From: Candidatus Tayloriibacteriota bacterium
GTDB taxonomy: Bacteria > Patescibacteriota > Minisyncoccia > Phycocordibacterales > PALSA-1337
Direction: 5' to 3'
Length of the DNA stretch: 64,000 nt
Assembly (NCBI GenBank): GCA_052034805.1
Contig: JBPOID010000001.1
Coordinates: 28,184-92,183, forward strand
The notes below the pieces were generated by a model that had not been told where the DNA came from, did no database searches, and was given only the letters and a program-made list of their open reading frames with translations. Both the position numbers and the translations under genes were made by a program. This document shows, piece by piece, positions 10,467 through 20,818 of the stretch (positions are counted from its first letter, which is position 1; each line of letters opens with the position of its first letter).

Positions 10467-10501
10467 AAACTCATCATTTACATGGTGAGTTTTCTTTTTT
10501 T
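10467..10501 (+). terminator. Intrinsic terminator
   Basis: AAACTCATCAT-TTAC-ATGGTGAGTTT followed by T tract. Confidence 0.8.
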
Positions 10502-10542
10502 ATGTGATAATTGATATATATAATTAAATAAATAAAAAAAAT

Positions 10543-12306
10543 ATGTATTTTATATTCTCTTTAATTGTTATAGCGATGGTATTTTATCAGAATGGTCGTA
10601 TAAATGATCTTGAATCATTGATCAATAAAAAACTCAATTCATTTCAAGATAAAAAAGAACCTGAATATACAGAAACTACAGAAGAGATACGGAAAGTTGA
10701 ACAGACATCACAAATTCCACCAAATACTAATACTGGAATTAGAAAAGATGTATCTAGTGAAGAAGTTTCAGGTAGAATATTGGGTAGAATAGGTATTGGT
10801 GCTGTTATAGTTGGTATTGCATTCTTCTTGAAATATTCTTTTGATAATAATTGGGTTAGTTTTTCTGGTAGAGTTATTATAGGTATAATAATAGGTCTAA
10901 TAATTATAAGTATAGGACAATATTTAAGAAATAAATATCTTCAATTTTCTGATTTACTTATTGGTGGTGGTTTGGCCATAATATATCTTTCTATATACGC
11001 ATCATATGCACTTTACAATATAGTAGATCCTGCATTTGCATTCATATGTATGATTGCGGTAACAGTATTGGGTGTAATTATAAGTATAATAAATTCAACA
11101 ATAACTCTTTCTGCTGTAGCTTTTATCGGTGGTTTTATTACTCCAATACTAATAAACGCAGGTAGTTTTGGAGAATTAGTAACTCTAATATATATAACGA
11201 TATTAAATGCGGGAATACTCGGTATAACACTTTATAAAAAATGGACAAATCTAGTAATAGTAGGTTTATCCGGTACATGGATTATATTTAGTCTATGGAT
11301 AAGTACATCATATAATCAAGATTTATTAATACCTACCCTATTATTCTTGCTAATACAATTCTTAATTCTTACAACATCATCAATATACAGAATAATAATA
11401 GAAAAATTAAAAGCTAAACCTATTGATTATTTTGCTATTATTATTACAGCATTTGGATTCGCTATAGCTTGTTACGATATATTGATGCCAATGTATAAAC
11501 ACTATACTAGCTTAGGCGCTGTTATTATATCGGCATTCTATATACTAATATCATTAATTGCATACAAAGAAAATCCAGAAGATAGAACAATAAATATATT
11601 ACTTCCTGGTATTGCAGTTGCATTTTTAACTATAGCTGTGCCTATAGAATTTTCTGGTCCATGGATATGTGCATGGTGGTTTATAGAATCAATAGTACTG
11701 TATATATTAGCTTCCACATCTTCTAGTAGAGGATATCAAATAATGGGTATTTGTGTTTATGTTCTGGGATTATTTGAACTTATGTATTATATAGCTTCTT
11801 ATGATCAGAGTTTGGGTATGATAATATTCTGGAATGGGCCATTTATCATGACTATGATGGCAGTGGCTACAGCATATGTTATTGCATTCTTTTACAAAAA
11901 ATATGGAAGTATAAATACAGAAATACAATCAAGAGGAATAAATGTATTCACAATAATAGCGAATATACTAACCTTATATGCACTTACAACTCAAATAGAA
12001 ATATATTATTCTCATAATTATGAAGATAATTATTCCAGTATAGAAAATTGGTCAAATACTACTATATCTATATTATGGGCACTTTATGCAGCTATACTTA
12101 CAACTATAGGCTTTGGCAAAAAGATAGCAGGCCTAAGAATAATGGGATTGGTATTATTCATAATAACAGCATTCAAGGTTGTTACAGATGTATGGAGTTT
12201 AGGTGAAATATATAGAATAATCTCATTCATTGTTTTCGGAATAATCGCATTAAGTGCATCATTCGTGTATGTAAAATATAAAGATAGATTAATAAATAAT
12301 AAATAA
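10543..12306 (+). CDS. DUF2339-like multi-pass membrane protein
   Basis: GRIGIGAVIVGIAFFLKYSFDNNW, many TM helices, C-terminal KVVTDVWSLGEIYRIISF. Confidence 0.8.
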   Translation: MYFIFSLIVIAMVFYQNGRINDLESLINKKLNSFQDKKEPEYTETTEEIRKVEQTSQIPPNTNTGIRKDVSSEEVSGRILGRIGIGAVIVGIAFFLKYSFDNNWVSFSGRVIIGIIIGLIIISIGQYLRNKYLQFSDLLIGGGLAIIYLSIYASYALYNIVDPAFAFICMIAVTVLGVIISIINSTITLSAVAFIGGFITPILINAGSFGELVTLIYITILNAGILGITLYKKWTNLVIVGLSGTWIIFSLWISTSYNQDLLIPTLLFLLIQFLILTTSSIYRIIIEKLKAKPIDYFAIIITAFGFAIACYDILMPMYKHYTSLGAVIISAFYILISLIAYKENPEDRTINILLPGIAVAFLTIAVPIEFSGPWICAWWFIESIVLYILASTSSSRGYQIMGICVYVLGLFELMYYIASYDQSLGMIIFWNGPFIMTMMAVATAYVIAFFYKKYGSINTEIQSRGINVFTIIANILTLYALTTQIEIYYSHNYEDNYSSIENWSNTTISILWALYAAILTTIGFGKKIAGLRIMGLVLFIITAFKVVTDVWSLGEIYRIISFIVFGIIALSASFVYVKYKDRLINNK

Positions 12307-12310
12307 AAAA

Positions 12311-13063
12311 ATGGAATCAAATCAAAAAACCCCAGCAATACTAAATATTCCCACAGCCATAATAATAGCCGGCGCTATAATAGCAATTTCTATTATATGG
12401 ACAATGAAACCAGTAAAGGTTACAAATACCGTACAGAAATCAGAAACTGCAACTCTAAAACCTATAGATAAGAATGATTATATACTCGGAAATCCTGATG
12501 CAAAAATAAAGATAGTTGAATATTCAGATCCATCATGTCCTTTCTGTAAAATGTTCCATAATACAATGCGACAAATCATGAATACTTATGGTAAAGATGG
12601 AAAAGTAGCATGGGTGTATAGAGCATTCCCATTAAACAAGCAAGGTACGCGCTCGGACGGAGGAATACTTCATCCAAATGCAGGTAAAGAAAGTGAAGCT
12701 ATAGAATGTGCTGGTTATCTAGGTGGCAATGAGAAATTCTGGGCATATGCTAATCGTCTATACGAAGTAACTCCTTCTGTTACAGGAGATACACCAAATG
12801 GTTTAGATCAAAAAGAATTACCTAATATTGCAAAATATATAGGATTAAATGTAAGTGATTTCAAGGATTGTCTAGATAATAGTAAATTCAAAGATAAAAT
12901 AGAGTCACAATATATAGATGGTGCAAATATGGGTATAGAAGGTACACCTTATAGCATAATGATAACTCCAAATGGAAAGAGTGTTGCTATACCAGGAGCT
13001 TTGCCATATGAGAATATGAAACAAGCAATAGACGCTATATTATCTGATACAGCATCACAATAA
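12311..13063 (+). CDS. DsbA/thioredoxin-fold protein with membrane anchor
   Basis: GNPDAKIKIVEYSDPSCPFC, VYRAFPL, GIEGTP cis-Pro loop. Confidence 0.9.
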   Translation: MESNQKTPAILNIPTAIIIAGAIIAISIIWTMKPVKVTNTVQKSETATLKPIDKNDYILGNPDAKIKIVEYSDPSCPFCKMFHNTMRQIMNTYGKDGKVAWVYRAFPLNKQGTRSDGGILHPNAGKESEAIECAGYLGGNEKFWAYANRLYEVTPSVTGDTPNGLDQKELPNIAKYIGLNVSDFKDCLDNSKFKDKIESQYIDGANMGIEGTPYSIMITPNGKSVAIPGALPYENMKQAIDAILSDTASQ

Positions 13064-15979
13064 TTTCCTCATTTTACACCATTCACAATCTTTATCTTCG
13101 CAAGAAGAATTCATTATTTTTCCACTCCATATACTTTCTATTAGTTTATCTATTTCTGAATAAACATTTTTTATATCTTCATCATTTATAGTTAAAGATA
13201 TAATAGGACATCTACCCTTTTTATCTGGAGATACGAATACTAATGAAGGTGTTATGCCTTTATCTCTAAAATGGAAATCTCTCTCCAATAGAATCTTATA
13301 GAAAACTAATTGTCTGAAATAATCCTTATCAGAATTCTTTGTATTACCTTTTATTTCATTTTCTGACATACTCTGACGAGTTTTATAATCATAAACATTT
13401 ACCTCATGACCATTATCTATTATGGCATCTAATTGACCGTGTATAGGTATTTCTATAACCTTATCTTGATATTTGCTTTTATATAAGGATCTTATCCAGT
13501 GTTCTGTATATATTGTAACTTTATCTGTACTCCAATGATTATAAAGAGCTTTTAGGAGGTCTGGTATTGATTCTAATAATTCTTTTTTGAGAGTTTCTTT
13601 TTCATTTATAGATAATAATGATTCATTTATATAATCAAGTATTCCTTGGGATAAATCTGATTCTATATTTTCTTTATTTCTATTTTCATTTCTCCAGACT
13701 CTAGATATAGCACTATGCATTGCTTTACCCTTTTCCGAAGATATAGTTCCTGCTTGGGGTAATTTCAATATACTTTGATAAATAAATTTATTTGAGCATT
13801 CCATGAAATGATTCAAAGCAGTTACAGAAAGACCGTTTTCTAGAACTGTATCTTTGGCTAAATTGATTATTTTGGATGAAATAATATCTGATTTCAGATC
13901 TTTTATAGAAATATTTGCATCTTTTCTTGATAAAGTGATTTCTTCTGTATATTTTTTATCTATTTCATTTATAAAGCGCAATGGGGTAAGCACTTTTGCA
14001 TTTGATTCTTCTAAACTAGGAAGTAATGTAACATTTTTCTTCGCGCGAGTAATCGATACATAGAAAAGTCTTCTAATATCTTCTATATCATTTTGTCCGG
14101 CTTGCTTCCTAGGTAAAACGAAACTATAACCTCTATTTTTTCCTATCCAATTCTCATCATTCAAATATGGCATAAAAACATAATCAAATTCCAAACCTTT
14201 ACTGCCATGAGCTGTCATTGCTTTTATAGGAATATCTGGAGCACCAACAGGAATCTTCACTACTTTGTTCTCGGCTGAAAGTCTATACAGAAGCATAGAA
14301 TTTATAAGTTCTATAGGAGTAAATACAGTATCATCATGAGCCAATGATTCTGCCAGAGATATTATTCCTTGCCATACATATATATAAGATGGATCTTTTG
14401 AAATTATTTTTATAAAACCACTATTTTTAGCTATGCTTATAAGTGAAGCTATTATATTTTCATTTATTAAAGACTTTCTTATTTCCAATAATTCTGGTAT
14501 TTTTTCTTCTATTTTTATATCTTTACCGCTTCTAAGAAGCTTTATTATATTCATTCCATCTTCGAACCCGATATTCCAAAGTCCAGATATTATAGTCTTC
14601 GATAATAAATCGATTTTATTAGGATTAACTATGTATTCTATGAGATCAAAAAATAGAATTCCTATAGGATTATGGAAAATATCTATACTTCTCTCAGATG
14701 ATACAGAGATATTCTCTGATTCTAATACTTCTATGATTCTATCTAATTCTCTATTTTTCCTAGTGATAATAGCTATTGTGCTTTGGGGCTCATTCTTTCT
14801 AATGTTTTTTAATTCTTCTATTAGATAATATTCTGTAGCTCTAGTATTCTCTCCTGTTACAATCTTTATTTTATCTTTTGCCTTTTCCCCTTTTAATCTT
14901 ATTCTGAGATCAGAATATTCGTCTAAATGATAATTATTCTCTATCATACTGAAACTAGCATCCAATATATTCTGATGTGAACGATAATTCATATCCAGTG
15001 AAATCATTTTCATGGCTGGCCATTTATTCTTTAGCAACATGAAATTCTCTACAGATGCACCTTGGAAACGATATATAGCTTGCTTTTCATCTCCAACTAT
15101 AAATATATTTGGCGTATCAAAGAATTCAGCTATTATAGAAATAATAGAATTCTGTAAATCGTTTGTATCTTGATGTTCATCAATATGAATATACAGGAAT
15201 TGTTCTTGAACTAATCTTAAAAGCAATTCATCTTCTCTTAATTTCTTCAATAATTCTATAATAAGATCGTCAAAATCAAGCTTTTTAGCCTTATTTTTCT
15301 CTTCTTCATAAAGTTTAAAAACTTCAGAGAAAACAATAGTTTTCTCACATTTTTCTATTCTACTTAATGCTTCTGCTTTCAATTTGCCCTTTGTGGCACC
15401 GCGAGTGGATATGGATTCCTCATCATTTTTTATTCTTTCTATTTCATCTCTATTATATGAAGCCACCATTCTATAATCCATATTATTTTTCTTTGCATCG
15501 ATTATCGTAGATACAATCGCACTCATATATGCATCGGGTTTGCCGAATGGTCTAAGTATAGAAAATTCTTTATTCTCTAAGATTTTTCTAATAATAGATT
15601 CTTTACCAACATCATCTAAAGTTTTCATATCTGATATTTCTGTAAAATGTTCAGGGTGTTCTGCGATAATAGATGAAGCAAAACTATGGAAAGTATGTAT
15701 GCATACATCATGCGCGCGACTACCAACTATTCTTTCAAGTTTCTCTCTTATAGCCTTGACCCCTGCATTTGTGTATGTGATAGCGAGAATTCCATGCGCT
15801 GGAGTATCTGTTTTACGTAAAATATTTGCAATACGTAAAGTGAGTATTGTTGTTTTCCCTGTACCAGGTCCAGCAATAACCATAACAGGTCCTTCGACCA
15901 TATCTACAGCCATTTTTTGGGATTTATTTAATCTTCCATATTCTATATTGAAGACATTTTCATTATTTTTTTCTTTCAT
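13055..15979 (-). CDS. UvrD/PcrA-type SF1 helicase with C-terminal PD-(D/E)XK nuclease (AdnAB/AddA-like)
   Basis: AGPGTGKT, DEHQDTN, VGDEKQAIYRFQGA, NYRS, TAHGSKGLEF, YVSITRAK; nuclease GQLD..DYKT, QLVFY; Cys FMEC and CEDKDCEWC. Confidence 0.9.
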   Translation of the reverse strand: MKEKNNENVFNIEYGRLNKSQKMAVDMVEGPVMVIAGPGTGKTTILTLRIANILRKTDTPAHGILAITYTNAGVKAIREKLERIVGSRAHDVCIHTFHSFASSIIAEHPEHFTEISDMKTLDDVGKESIIRKILENKEFSILRPFGKPDAYMSAIVSTIIDAKKNNMDYRMVASYNRDEIERIKNDEESISTRGATKGKLKAEALSRIEKCEKTIVFSEVFKLYEEEKNKAKKLDFDDLIIELLKKLREDELLLRLVQEQFLYIHIDEHQDTNDLQNSIISIIAEFFDTPNIFIVGDEKQAIYRFQGASVENFMLLKNKWPAMKMISLDMNYRSHQNILDASFSMIENNYHLDEYSDLRIRLKGEKAKDKIKIVTGENTRATEYYLIEELKNIRKNEPQSTIAIITRKNRELDRIIEVLESENISVSSERSIDIFHNPIGILFFDLIEYIVNPNKIDLLSKTIISGLWNIGFEDGMNIIKLLRSGKDIKIEEKIPELLEIRKSLINENIIASLISIAKNSGFIKIISKDPSYIYVWQGIISLAESLAHDDTVFTPIELINSMLLYRLSAENKVVKIPVGAPDIPIKAMTAHGSKGLEFDYVFMPYLNDENWIGKNRGYSFVLPRKQAGQNDIEDIRRLFYVSITRAKKNVTLLPSLEESNAKVLTPLRFINEIDKKYTEEITLSRKDANISIKDLKSDIISSKIINLAKDTVLENGLSVTALNHFMECSNKFIYQSILKLPQAGTISSEKGKAMHSAISRVWRNENRNKENIESDLSQGILDYINESLLSINEKETLKKELLESIPDLLKALYNHWSTDKVTIYTEHWIRSLYKSKYQDKVIEIPIHGQLDAIIDNGHEVNVYDYKTRQSMSENEIKGNTKNSDKDYFRQLVFYKILLERDFHFRDKGITPSLVFVSPDKKGRCPIISLTINDEDIKNVYSEIDKLIESIWSGKIMNSSCEDKDCEWCKMRKLL

Positions 15980-16137
15980 TTTTATCCTTTTTAATACCCT
16001 TTTTATTGACTTTTATTGTCTTTATTTCCACATTATACACCAAAAAGAAGTTATCCACTTTTTTTCAATTGCAAAGAAAAAATTTTTTTCAGATAATGTA
16101 CAGTCCTAAATATTATTAGTAACATTTTTTCATAAAT

Positions 16138-18291
16138 ATGTTTAAAGAAATCATAAAAAGAAACGGTTCGAAAGTATCATTCGATAAGGACAAAATAGTA
16201 AGAGCAATAGCTAAGGCAGGAATCGCTACAGCAGAGTTTAGAAATGAAGAAGCCGTAAAAATTACGAAAAAGGTTCTAATAAATTTGAAAAGTAAAATTG
16301 GCAAAGAAATTCCTACAGTAGAAAATATTCAAGACTCAGTAGAATTTATATTAATGCAATCAAAATATAAAAGAACTGCAAAAGCATATATTCTATATCG
16401 AGAACAACATGCCGAATTACGTGCCTTTGCAACTTCTGCATCTATAGGCCTAGTTGATAGTTATTTGAATAAAATGGATTGGCAAGTAAAGGAAAATAGT
16501 AATATGGCATATTCCCTACAAGGGCTAAATAACTATATATTTTCAGAGATTAGCAAAACATATTGGTTAAATAAAATATATCCTCTAGAAGTCAGAGAAT
16601 CATATGAAAATGGAGATATACATCTACATGATTTGGGTACTTTGTCTGTTTATTGTGTAGGTTGGGATTTGATGGATCTTCTAAAAGAAGGTTTCAAAGG
16701 TGTACCTGGCAAGGTCCAAAGTGCCCCTCCAAAGCATTTCCGTACAGCTTTGGGTCAAATAGTTAATTTCATGTATACACTTCAAGGTGAAGCTGCTGGA
16801 GCCATAGCTTTCTCTAATTTCGACACTTTACTCGCGCCTTTCATAAGATATGACAATCTAGACTATGATGCGGTGAAGCAATGCATGCAAGAATTCGTAT
16901 TCAATATGAATACACCAACAAGAGTTGGATTCCAAACTCCATTTTCAAATATTACTTTGGATTTGAATCCTTCTGTAAACTTCAAAAATCAAAAAGTTAT
17001 AATCGGTGGACTTCCACAAAAAGATAAATATTCTGATTTCCAAAAGGAAATGAATATGTTAAATAATGCATTCTTTGAAGTTATGGGTAAGGGTGATTCT
17101 CATGGAAGAGTATTCACTTTCCCAATACCAACAGTGAATATAACAAAGGATTTTGATTGGAATGATAAAAATCTAACAGGATTATGGGAAATAACAGCAA
17201 AATACGGTATTCCATATTTCAGTAATTTCATAAACTCTGATATGAAGCCCGAGGATACACGTTCTATGTGTTGTCGTCTAAGACTTGATCTCGGAGAATT
17301 AGAGAAGCGTGGCGGAGGATTATTCGGTGCAAATGCACTTACAGGATCAGTAGGAGTAGTAACTATAAATCTCCCTAGAATAGGCTATCTTTCAAGAAAT
17401 GCAAAAAATCCAAAGAAAGAATTCTTCACAAGATTGGCAAAACAAATGGATATAGCAAAAGAAAGTCTAGAAATAAAAAGAAAAATATTGGAAAAGTTCA
17501 CTGATGCGAATCTATACCCATATACAAAATATTATTTGAGAAATATAAAATCTACATACGGAACATATTGGAAGAATCACTTTTCAACTATAGGTCTTGT
17601 CGGTATGAATGAAGCAACATTGAATCTTATCGGAGAAGGTGTAGGTAGTGAAAAAGGAAAATCTCTAGGTGAAGAAATATTATTGTTCATGAGAACTAGA
17701 CTAGTAGAATATCAGAGGAATACTGGCAATTTATTTAATCTAGAAGCATCCCCTGCCGAAGGTACAGCATACAGAATGGCATTAGTAGATAAGAAGAAAT
17801 ATCCAGATATAATAGTTGCAAATGAAATAGAATTATTAAAAGGAGCACAACCTTTCTATACAAACTCTTCCCAATTACCAGTGAATTATACTAATGATAT
17901 ATTCGAAAGTCTAAGTCTTCAGGATTCCCTACAGACAAAATATACAGGAGGTACTGTAGTTCATCTATTCCTAGGTGAGAAAATAAATGATCCAAAAATG
18001 GTTCCAGCTCTAGTAAAGAAAATATGCGAGAATTTCCATTTACCTTATTTCACTCTTACTCCAACATTCAGTGTATGTCCTGAACATGCATATATAAATG
18101 GAGAACATATGAATTGTCCTAAGTGTAATAAAGAATGTGAAGTATATTCTAGAATAGTTGGATATCTAAGACCTGTAAGTCATTGGAATGCGGGTAAACA
18201 AAGTGAATTTACTATAAGAAAAATGTATTCTATAGAGAATGTGGGCATAAATTCAAAAGTTATAAAAGGCAAAAAAGCTTTAGTAAAATAA
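16138..18291 (+). CDS. nrdD: Anaerobic (class III) ribonucleoside-triphosphate reductase with ATP cone
   Basis: IIKRNG ATP cone, HLHDL, YCVGW, RSMCCRL finger loop, CxxH/CxxC Zn site, SRIVGYLRP glycyl radical motif. Confidence 0.95.
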   Translation: MFKEIIKRNGSKVSFDKDKIVRAIAKAGIATAEFRNEEAVKITKKVLINLKSKIGKEIPTVENIQDSVEFILMQSKYKRTAKAYILYREQHAELRAFATSASIGLVDSYLNKMDWQVKENSNMAYSLQGLNNYIFSEISKTYWLNKIYPLEVRESYENGDIHLHDLGTLSVYCVGWDLMDLLKEGFKGVPGKVQSAPPKHFRTALGQIVNFMYTLQGEAAGAIAFSNFDTLLAPFIRYDNLDYDAVKQCMQEFVFNMNTPTRVGFQTPFSNITLDLNPSVNFKNQKVIIGGLPQKDKYSDFQKEMNMLNNAFFEVMGKGDSHGRVFTFPIPTVNITKDFDWNDKNLTGLWEITAKYGIPYFSNFINSDMKPEDTRSMCCRLRLDLGELEKRGGGLFGANALTGSVGVVTINLPRIGYLSRNAKNPKKEFFTRLAKQMDIAKESLEIKRKILEKFTDANLYPYTKYYLRNIKSTYGTYWKNHFSTIGLVGMNEATLNLIGEGVGSEKGKSLGEEILLFMRTRLVEYQRNTGNLFNLEASPAEGTAYRMALVDKKKYPDIIVANEIELLKGAQPFYTNSSQLPVNYTNDIFESLSLQDSLQTKYTGGTVVHLFLGEKINDPKMVPALVKKICENFHLPYFTLTPTFSVCPEHAYINGEHMNCPKCNKECEVYSRIVGYLRPVSHWNAGKQSEFTIRKMYSIENVGINSKVIKGKKALVK

Positions 18292-18385
18292 AAAATAGTA
18301 AAATAATAAAATAAAGACATAGTAAAATAAAGACCTGAGAAAAATAAAAACTTGAAAAAATAATCTTTCTTGATAAGATGAGGGA

Positions 18386-19069
18386 ATGAAAATAGGAGGT
18401 TTTGAGAAAAGTACTCTTATAGACTATCCAGACAAAATCGCCTGCATGATATATACTATTGGTTGCAATTTCCGTTGTCCTTATTGTCATAATCCAGAAT
18501 TAGTAGATGAAACAGCCAAAGAAATAACATTAGACAGTGTTATGCGTTTTCTACGCAAACGCAAAGATCTATTAGACGGTGTAGTCATAACCGGCGGTGA
18601 ACCTACTATGCATGAAGATTTGCCAAAAGTTATGTATAGAATAAAGAAAATGGGTTATTTGATAAAATTAGATACAAATGGCACTAGACCAGCAGTAATA
18701 AAAAATCTAATAGATAGAAAACTGGTAGACTATATAGCTATGGATATAAAATCCCCTTTAGATAAATACAGTAATACTGTAGCTAGACCAGTATTGTCCG
18801 ATACTATAAAGCAAACCATAAAGATATTGATGTCTGGAAATGTGGATTATGAATTCCGTACAACAGTTGTGAAGTCTTTACTTTCTCCCGAAGATATGGA
18901 GAATATTGGTAAAGAGATAAAAGGGGCAAAAAGGTATTATTTGCAGAAATATAACGATAGAAAGATACTAAACCCTCAATTCAAGAATAAAGTAACTTAT
19001 ACAGATGAAGAATTCAAGAAATTCAAAAAAACCTTACAAAAATACGTCAAAATCTGTGAAATCAGATAA
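18386..19069 (+). CDS. nrdG: Class III RNR activating enzyme (radical SAM)
   Basis: GCNFRCPYCHNP, TGGEPT, KLDTNG, YEFRTT; adjacent to nrdD. Confidence 0.93.
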   Translation: MKIGGFEKSTLIDYPDKIACMIYTIGCNFRCPYCHNPELVDETAKEITLDSVMRFLRKRKDLLDGVVITGGEPTMHEDLPKVMYRIKKMGYLIKLDTNGTRPAVIKNLIDRKLVDYIAMDIKSPLDKYSNTVARPVLSDTIKQTIKILMSGNVDYEFRTTVVKSLLSPEDMENIGKEIKGAKRYYLQKYNDRKILNPQFKNKVTYTDEEFKKFKKTLQKYVKICEIR

Positions 19070-19118
19070 TGTTCTAAATAGTAGAATAAATAATAATAAA
19101 AATAATAAAATAAATAAT

Positions 19119-20315
19119 ATGAAAAATAGCCCAAAAAATTCATCAAAGAAAATATATTTGGACTATGCTTCTACAACTCCAATAGATGAGGAAATACTTC
19201 GTGGCATGCTTCCCTATTTCGATAAAAAATATGCCAATCCATCTTCTATGTATGAAAGCGGTAGATTGGCACAAAATATCATAGAAGAATCAAGAAAAAA
19301 GATTGCAAAAGTTATAAACTCTAAATCAGATGAAATAATATTCACAGGATCTGGAACTGAATCAGATAATCTAGCTATATTAGGTATAGCTAGAGCATAT
19401 AAAAATAAAGGCAATCATATAATAGTATCTGCCATAGAACATAAAGCGGTATTACAATCTGTAAAATCATTAGAGAAAGAAGGTTTCGAAATAAGTATTC
19501 TAGAAGTAGATAAAGATGGAATGATAGATATAAAGAAATGCATATCTATGATAAAGAAAGAGACAATACTTATTTCTATAATGTATGCAAATAATGAAAT
19601 AGGTACAATAGAACCGATAAAAGATTTGGCTAAAGCAATAAAAGAATACAGGGGTGTAAATGCATTACCATTATTGCATACAGATGCTTGTCAGGCTGTT
19701 GGATATCTCAATATAGATACAGACAAACTAGGCATAGATCTTATGACTATAAATAGTTCAAAGATATATGGTCCAAAAGGTATAGGAATGCTTTATAAAA
19801 AAGCCAATGTGAATATAGAACCGATTATATATGGTGGTAGTCAGGAAAGAGGTATCAGAGCTGGAACAGAGAATATTGCGCTTATACAGGGCTTCGCCGA
19901 AGCACTGATAAAGTCAGAGAAAAATAGAGAAAAAGAATCAGAGAGATTGAGAAGATTACAGCAATATTTCATGACAGAATTAAAGAAAAGAATTCCAAAT
20001 ATAGAATTCAATGGTCATTTGAAATACAGATTACCAAATAATATTCATATATCTATTCCGAGTGTTGAGGGAGAATCTATGTTGCTTATGTTAGATAAAG
20101 AAAATATAGAAGTTTCTACAGGATCAGCTTGTGGAGCATTCGATCTAAAACCTTCGCATGTACTTTTAGCCATACATCAAAACGAAGAAATAATACACGG
20201 TAGTATAAGATTCAGTTTAGGCAAATATACAAATAAAAAAGAATTGGATTATGTATTAAAGGTCTTCCCTCCTATAGTAGAAAAGCTTAAAAATCTATCA
20301 GCAATAAGGAAATGA
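19119..20315 (+). CDS. iscS: Cysteine desulfurase (IscS/NifS family)
   Basis: IYLDYASTTP, YANPSS, EHKAV, ANNEIG, HTDACQ, SSKIYGPKG (PLP Lys), STGSAC catalytic Cys; start moved to 19119. Confidence 0.93.
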   Translation: MKNSPKNSSKKIYLDYASTTPIDEEILRGMLPYFDKKYANPSSMYESGRLAQNIIEESRKKIAKVINSKSDEIIFTGSGTESDNLAILGIARAYKNKGNHIIVSAIEHKAVLQSVKSLEKEGFEISILEVDKDGMIDIKKCISMIKKETILISIMYANNEIGTIEPIKDLAKAIKEYRGVNALPLLHTDACQAVGYLNIDTDKLGIDLMTINSSKIYGPKGIGMLYKKANVNIEPIIYGGSQERGIRAGTENIALIQGFAEALIKSEKNREKESERLRRLQQYFMTELKKRIPNIEFNGHLKYRLPNNIHISIPSVEGESMLLMLDKENIEVSTGSACGAFDLKPSHVLLAIHQNEEIIHGSIRFSLGKYTNKKELDYVLKVFPPIVEKLKNLSAIRK

Positions 20316-20818
20316 AAAAAATAAAAACTCTAAAAAATAACAAGAAGAAAGGAAATATAAAAGTTAAAAAGAGTTTAAATAAAACTGGTAAATTGAATAA
20401 TACTTGTCATGATGTAGATGATTGGATATATAGTGAAATAGTTAAAGATCATTTCTTTAAACCAAGAAATATACTCATAGATGATAAGGACTATATAGCT
20501 CATGGTATAGGTGTTGTGGGTAGCCCAGCGTGTGGAGATATGATGGCAGTATGGGTAAAAATAGATGAAAAAACAAAAAGAATAAAAGAATGCAAATGGA
20601 GAACTTTCGGCTGTGCTTCTGCTATAGCATCTACTTCTATGATGTCAGTTATGGCAACAGAGAATGGAGGTATGACATTACAAGAAGCAAAGAGAATGAC
20701 TCCAGAAGCTATTATCAATAGACTTGGAGGATTACCAGATAGGAAATATCATTGTTCAGTATTAGGACATCAGGCCTTAAGAGAAGCAATAGAAGATTAT
20801 GAAGAAAATCGAAAATAA
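20312..20818 (+). CDS. iscU: Fe-S cluster scaffold (IscU/NifU-N family)
   Basis: HFFKPRN, GSPACGD, FGCASAIAS, LGGLPDRKYHCSVL; Lys-rich N-terminal extension. Confidence 0.92.
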   Translation: MKKIKTLKNNKKKGNIKVKKSLNKTGKLNNTCHDVDDWIYSEIVKDHFFKPRNILIDDKDYIAHGIGVVGSPACGDMMAVWVKIDEKTKRIKECKWRTFGCASAIASTSMMSVMATENGGMTLQEAKRMTPEAIINRLGGLPDRKYHCSVLGHQALREAIEDYEENRK

